Source: Squalus acanthias
Lineage: Eukaryota
NCBI GenBank assembly: GCA_030390025.1
Contig: CM059432.1
Location: 93,498,001-93,562,000 of the forward strand
Direction of reading: 5' to 3'
Length of the DNA stretch: 64,000 nucleotides
Both the position numbers and the translations under genes were made by a program. Below the pieces are notes generated by a model. The model saw nothing but the letters and a program-made list of their open reading frames with translations, made no database searches and was not told the DNA's origin. Below are positions 57,812 to 64,000 of the stretch, one piece after another. Each line of letters starts with the position of its first letter. Positions within the stretch are counted from its first letter, which is position 1.

Positions 57812-60800
57812 TTTGTGGTATTTGTGGAGAGCATTGTGATCCCGGACAACCACGTTTGCAGTAAGTGCTTGCATTTTGAGGAACTTCAGCTCAGAGTTTT
57901 TGAGCTGGAGTCTGAGATGCAGACATTGCGGGGCATCAGGGATGGGGAGAGTTACCTGGACACTTTGATCCAGGGGACAGTCACACCCCTTAGGTTAGGT
58001 AGTGGTACAGGTCTGGTTAGTGGTCAGGGACAGGAGGGTGTGACTGCAACTCAGGCAGGTAAGGGGACCCCAGGTGCAGTGCTGGAGGAGCCTCAGCCTT
58101 TGTCCTTGTCCAATAGGTATGAGGTTCTTGCTGCCTGTGTGGATGAGGGAAAAGCCTGCAGACTAGATGAGCAAGATGACCATGGCGTAGGAGGCCATTC
58201 AAGTGGGGGGAGTGAAAGGAGTGGTAGGAGACAGTATAGTCAGGGGGATAAATACTGTTCTCTGGAGCCGTGACCAAGGGTTCCAAATGTTGTGTTGCCT
58301 GCCCGGTGCCAGGGTTAAAGACATCTCCTCGTGGCTGGAGGAAAACTTGGAGTGGGAGGGGGAGGATCCAATTGTCGTGATCCACATAGGAACCAACAAC
58401 ATAGGTAGAACTAGGAATTAGGTTCTGCTGAGGGAGTTTTAGGAGCTAGGATCCAAATTAAAAAGCAAAACCTCAAAGGTAATAATCTCTGGATTGTTAC
58501 CTGAGCCACGCGCAAATTGGCATAGGGACAAACAGATTAGAGGTTTAAATGTGTGGCTCAAAGAGTGGTGTGGGAGGAAGGGGTTTCTGTTCATGGGGTA
58601 CTGGCACCAGTACTGGGGAAAGAGGGAGCTGTTCCATTGGGACGGGCTCCACTTAAACCGGGCTGGGACCAGTGTCCTGGCGAACCGAATAACTAGGGCA
58701 ATAGACAGGGGGGGTGGGAGGATTCAGGAAAGAGTAAATTTAAAAGCAGCGAGAGAAATGTCACTGCTCTAGAGCAGAGTAGAGTTTTGGGTAAAAAATA
58801 AGCAGAGTGGGTCAGGAAGGGACAGAGAGAGTAACAAAAGGTAATAAGGCATCAGTGACTAAGGTGACATCAGGGAAAAATAGAAATAAGTCAGTCAAAG
58901 CTAAAGGCACTATATCTGAATGTGCCAAGCATTTGCAACAAAATAGATGAATTAATAGCGCAGATAGAAATTAACAGGTTTGATCTAATAGCCATTACGG
59001 AGACGTAGTTGCAAAGTGGCCAAGGTTGGGAACTAAATATTCCAGGATACTTAACTTTTAGAAGAGATAGGCAAAGAGGAAAAGGAGGAGGGGTAGCCCT
59101 GATAATAAAGGATGGGACAAAGACAGTAGAAAGAAAGGATCTTAGCTCCGAAAATCAAGAAGTAGAATCCATTTGGGTGGAGCTAAGAAACAGCAAGGGG
59201 CAGAAAACATTGGTGGGAATTGTTTATAGGCCCCCAAATAGTAGTTGTAATGTAGGGCAGAGTAGAAATCAGGAAACTAGAGGCACATGTAGCAAGGGTA
59301 ATACAGTAATCATGGGGGACTTTAATCTACATATAGACTGGGCAAACCAAATTTGCAGTAATAGTGTGGAGGACAAATTCATGGAATGTATACAAGATAA
59401 TTTTCTAGATCAGTATGTTGAGGAACCAACTAGGGAACAGGCTATTTTAGATCTAGTATTGTGCAATGAGAAAGGGTTAATTAATAACCTTGTAGTAAAG
59501 GGGCCTTAAGGGAAGAGTGACAATAATATGATAGAATTTTATATTGAGTTTGAAAGTGATTTAGTTAAATCCAAAACTAGGGTCTTCAATCTAAACAAAG
59601 CAAACTACGTAGGTATGAGGGGCGAGTTGGCCAAGGTAGATTGGAAAACTGCATTAAAAAAGTTATGACGGTAGACAAGCAACGGCTAGCATTTAAAGAA
59701 ATAATACATAATTTACAACAAATATACATTCCTTTAAGGCACAAAAACCCCACAGGAAAAGTGGTCCAACCATGGCTAACAAGAGAAGTTAAAGATAGAA
59801 TTAGATCAAAGGAAGAGGTTTATAATGTTGCCAAAAAGAGTAGTAAGCCTGAGGATTGGGAGGATTTTAGAATTCAGCAAAGGAGGATCAAGAAATTGAT
59901 AAGGAAAGAGAAAAAAGAATATGGGAGTAAATTAGCAAGAGATATAAAAATAGACTGTAAAAGCTTCTATAGGTATATAAATAGGAAGAGATTAGTGAAA
60001 GTAAACGTGGGCCTATTAGAGGCAGAGACAGGAGAAATTATAATGGGCAATAAGGAAATGGCCGAGACATTAAACAAATACTTTGTACCTGTCTTCACGA
60101 TAGAAGACACAAAAAACATTCCGGAAGTAATGGGGAACCGAAGGTCTGGAGAGAATGAGGAACTTAAAAAAATCAGTATAAGTAACGACATAGTACTGGA
60201 GAAATTAATGGGACTAAGTGGACCTGATGACCTGCATCCTAGGGTTTTAAAAGAGGTAGCTGCAGAGATAGTGGATGAACTGGTATTAATCTTCCAGAAT
60301 TCCCTAGATTCTAGAACAGTCCCCAAGGATTGAAAGGTAGTAAACATAACCCCGCTATTTAAGAAAGGAGGAAGAGAAAAAAACGAGGAACTATAGGCCA
60401 GTTAGCCTGACAGCAGTAGTAGACAAAATGCTAGAATCTATTATTAGGGACGTGGTAACAGGGCACTTAGAAAATCATAATATGATTAGGCAGAGTCAAC
60501 ATGGTTTTATGAAAGGGAAATCGTGTTTGATAAATCTGTCAGAATTTTTTGAAGATGTAACGATTAGGATGGATAAGAGGGAACCAGTGGATGTAGTGTT
60601 TTTGGATTTTCAAAAAGCATTCAATAAGGTGCCACACAAGAGGTTATTACACAAAATTAGGACTCATGGGATTGGAGGTAATATATTAGCATGGATTGAG
60701 GATTGGTTAATGGACAGAAAACAGAGAGTAGGAATAAACGGGACTTTTTTGGGTTGGCAGGCTGTAACTAGTGGGGTACAGTCTAGAACACGGGGTCACA

Positions 60801-61084
60801 GTCACATAATAAGGGGTAGGCCATTTAGGACTGAAATGTGGAGAAATTTCTTCACTCAAAGGGTTGTGAATCTTTGGAATTCTCTACCCCAGGAGAGCTG
60901 TGGATGCTCAGTCCTTCAGTATATTCAAGACAGAGGTTGATAAATTTTTGGGAACGAAGAGAATTAGGGATATAGGGATAGTACGAGAAGGTGGAGTTGA
61001 GGTAGAAGATCAGCCATGATCTTGTTGAATGGCGGAGCAGACTCGAAGGGCCAAATGGCCTACTCCAGCTTCTATTATGTTCTT
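57812..61084 (+). mobile_element. CR1 LINE with ORF1 esterase, APE and N-terminal RT; RT core deleted near 60780
   Basis: HVCSKC, CCLPGARVKDI, HIGTNN, WDGLHLN; GIVYRPP, IMGDFN; QHGFMKGKSCL; sequence jumps from VTSGV directly to SRTRGH. Confidence 0.92.
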
Positions 61085-62039
61085 GTGAGATCTGCTACTT
61101 AATCTTTTCTTTCAAGGGGCAACATGAAAGGTATATGTGCAATTGTGGCAGAACAAAAAAAATAACCAACTATGTAGGACAGTGATCTGGTGCAGAATCA
61201 ATTCTTTGTTAGGAAGGGATCCCTCAGAGATTTTGTAAGATAACAAATTATATTTTCACTGTAGAACACCACAGTTATTTCACCAAAATGACACTGCGTG
61301 GTGTAGAAATAGGCTCTTCTATTTTGAATTGGGCTTATGTTAATTTATCTGCTTTTCAATCCAGCCAACAGTCACACCTGATAAATCTCGTCAATAACAC
61401 CTATATTAAAGACATTGCTTCCTGTCGAGGTGATTCATTTGCAGCTTCAATTGAAAGATGCAGCTGTATGTTGCTGATATCCACACTTACTCATATATAC
61501 TCTATTACATGTATGGCAAAATAATTCCTGCCATGAGGTTTGACTTCATGATGTATAGATTTATTTTATTTTTTAAAGTAGATCAGGAAGAGGATAAAAG
61601 TAAATAGAAAAGACACAAAACCATGTGAAAATTTTACATAGGCAGTAATTGAATTCTTACCTTTTTTGTATTCTAAACTGAGTTTTTAATATATGCAAAC
61701 ATAAAATTCACTTCAACATACCCAAGACTCATAATACTTGAATTTTTTTTTTTAAATCTCAATTTTAATATGATTTTAATCTAAAAACAACAGCACGGCA
61801 TTTTCGTTTCCTTTGAAAATAGGTAGAAGTTTCTGTAGGTCGAATTATTTTATTGGTCAATTTTTGCACAGAACACGTTACCAATATTTGGAGATACCTG
61901 TACAACCAAAACGATAAAAGTGCTAAGATATACAAATGATTACACTATGGATTGAAAAGTTAAAAAGCATTATGCTGTACTTTTAACTGAAATAAGGAGA
62001 TTAAAACTAAAATTATTGGGTAATTCATAAATATATTAC

Positions 62040-62420
62040 TCTGTTCCAGAGGGAGAGAAGGAAAAACTGGGTAACCATAGACCAGTTAATACAGTATCAG
62101 TTGTGGACAAATTTCTAGAATCCAAAAGTTGAGATAAAATTAATGAGCACTTAGAAATGCATGGGTTAATCAAGCTCAATCAGCATAGATTTGTTTAAGG
62201 CAAGTCATTTTTGAAGAAGAGACCAATTGGACAGGTAAAGGGAATGCAGTAGATGCAGCATATATGGATTTTCAGAAGGCATACAAGATGGCTCAAAGAA
62301 GGCTCATTCCAAAATTGAGACTTATGGTACAAGAAAATGTAACAGCATGGATATTAAGTTGTTTGACAGACCTGAAACAAATTGTCATGATGTTGGGTGT
62401 TCCTCGGACCGGCGTCGGAT
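62040..62420 (+). mobile_element. Old CR1 RT fragment
   Basis: Remnants resembling NHRP, QHRFV.GKS and YMDFQKA. Confidence 0.6.
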
Positions 62421-62439
62421 GCCCTCCGAGCCCACCCTT

Positions 62440-64000
62440 CCAATACCCTCTCCTCCTCCCCTCCGATACCTTCTCCGATCTCCTCTACCCCCCGATACCC
62501 TCTCCTCTCCCCCCCCCGCCCGATACCCTCTCCCCCCCCATCCCCGCTCCTCTCCCCCCCCATTCCCTCTCCACTGCCCCCATCCCCTCTCCCCCCCATC
62601 CCCTCCCCTCTCCTCTCCCACCCCTCCCCTCTTCCCCCCATCCCCTCCCCTCTCCTCTCCCCCCCCTCCCCTCTCCCCCCCCTCCCCTCTCCTCTCCCCC
62701 CCTCCCCTCTTCCCCCCCATCCCCTCCCCTCTCCTCTCCCCCCCCTCCCCTCTTCCCCCCCATCCCCTCCCCTCTCCTCTCCCCCCCCTCCCCTCTTCCC
62801 CCCCATCCCCTCCCCTCTCCTCTCCCCCCCCTCCCCTCTTCCCCCCCATCCCCTCCCCTCTCCTCTCCCCCCCCTCCCCTCTTCCCCCCCATCCCCTCCC
62901 CTCTCCTCTCCCCCCCCTCCCCTCTTCCCCCCATCCCCTCTCCTCTCCCCCCCCATCCCCTCTCCTCTCCCCCCCATCCCCTCTCCTCTCCCCCCCATCC
63001 CCTCTCCTCTCCCCCCCCCATCCCCTCTCCTCTCCCCCCCCCATCCCCTCTCCTCTCCCCCCCCCATCCCCTCTCCTCTCCCCCCCCCCATCCCCTCTCC
63101 TCTTCCCCCCCCCATCCCCTCTCCTCTCCCCCCCCCATCCCCTCTCCTCTCCCCCCCCCATCCCCTCTCCTCTCCCCCCCCATCCCCTCTCCTCTCCCCC
63201 CCCATCCCCTCTCCTCTCCCCCCCCCATCCCCTCTCCTCTCCCCCCCATCCCCTCTCCTCTCCCCCCCATCCCCTCTCCTCTCCCCCCCATCCCCTCTCC
63301 TCTCCCCCCCATCCCCTCTCCTCTCCCCCCCATCCCCTCTCCTCTCCCCCCCATCCCCTCTCCTCTCCCCTCTCCTCTCCACACCCCCCCATCCCCTCTC
63401 CTCTCCCCTCTCCTCTCCACACCCCCCCATCCCCTCTCCTCTCCACACCCCCCCATCCCCTCTCCTCTCCCCCCCCCATCCCCTCTCCTCTCCCCCCCCC
63501 ATCCCCTCTCCTCTCCCCCCCCCATCCCCTCTCCTCTCCCCCCCCATCCCCTCTCCTCTCCCCCCCCCATCCCCTCTCCTCTCCCCCCCATCCCCTCTCC
63601 TCTCCCCCCCATCCCCTCTCCTCTCCCCCCCATCCCCTCTCCTCTCCCCCCCATCCCCTCTCCACACCCCCCCATCCCCTCTCCTCTCCCCTCTCCTCTC
63701 CACACCCCCCCATCCCCTCTCCTCTCCACACCCCCCCATCCCCTCTCCTCTCCACACCCCCCCATCCCCTCTCCTCTCCACACCCCCCCATCCCCTCTCC
63801 TCTCCACACCCCCCCATCCCCTCTCCTCTCCACACCCCCCCATCCCCTCTCCTCTCCACACCCCCCCATCCCCTCTCCTCTCCACACCCCCCCATCCCCT
63901 CTCCTCTCCACACCCCCCCATCCCCTCTCCTCTCCACACCCCCCCATCCCCTCTCCTCTCCACACCCCCCCATCCCCTCTCCTCTCCACACCCCCCCCAT
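62440..64000. repeat. C-rich polypyrimidine minisatellite (core atcccctctcctctcc), running off the window
   Basis: Tandem units of about 21-26 bp; the last ~340 bp are a regular 26-mer catcccctctcctctccacacccccc. Confidence 0.95.

Noticed and set aside
62354..64000. Three ~500-aa Gly/Glu/Arg-rich minus-strand ORFs
   Set aside because: All three frames are open only because the G-rich repeat contains no stop codons; no sign of a real gene.
62930..64000. CRISPR-like array or telomeric repeat
   Set aside because: No unique spacers and no TTAGGG/CCCTAA units.

Overview
Eukaryotic, repeat-dominated DNA with no recognisable host protein-coding gene. The repeat repertoire (DeuSINEs, esterase-ORF1 CR1 LINEs, L2, Penelope) suggests a cartilaginous fish such as a shark; this is inference. 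Contents: (1) a CsRn1-clade Ty3/Gypsy LTR retrotransposon (21822-26148) with LTRs that read as identical, a tRNA-Trp PBS and a CHCC gag motif, but three coding lesions; (2) three different full-size PIF/Harbinger transposons, each with an intron-containing Myb/SANT gene (+) facing a HARBI1-type transposase (-), all decayed, plus about seven Harbinger-type MITEs; (3) Penelope-type elements and related repeats carrying minimal type I hammerhead ribozyme (HHR) motifs; (4) many CR1, L2 and other LINE copies, often nested; (5) a C-rich minisatellite at the right end. Most notable: two related MITEs inserted independently, in opposite relative orientation, exactly at the predicted cleavage triplet of an HHR; a 246-bp spacer-less palindrome made from a Penelope 3' end with an HHR motif on each strand; and MITEs with conserved promoter-like motifs, splice donors and covarying subterminal palindromes. 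All alignments were done by eye and coordinates of decayed copies are approximate.
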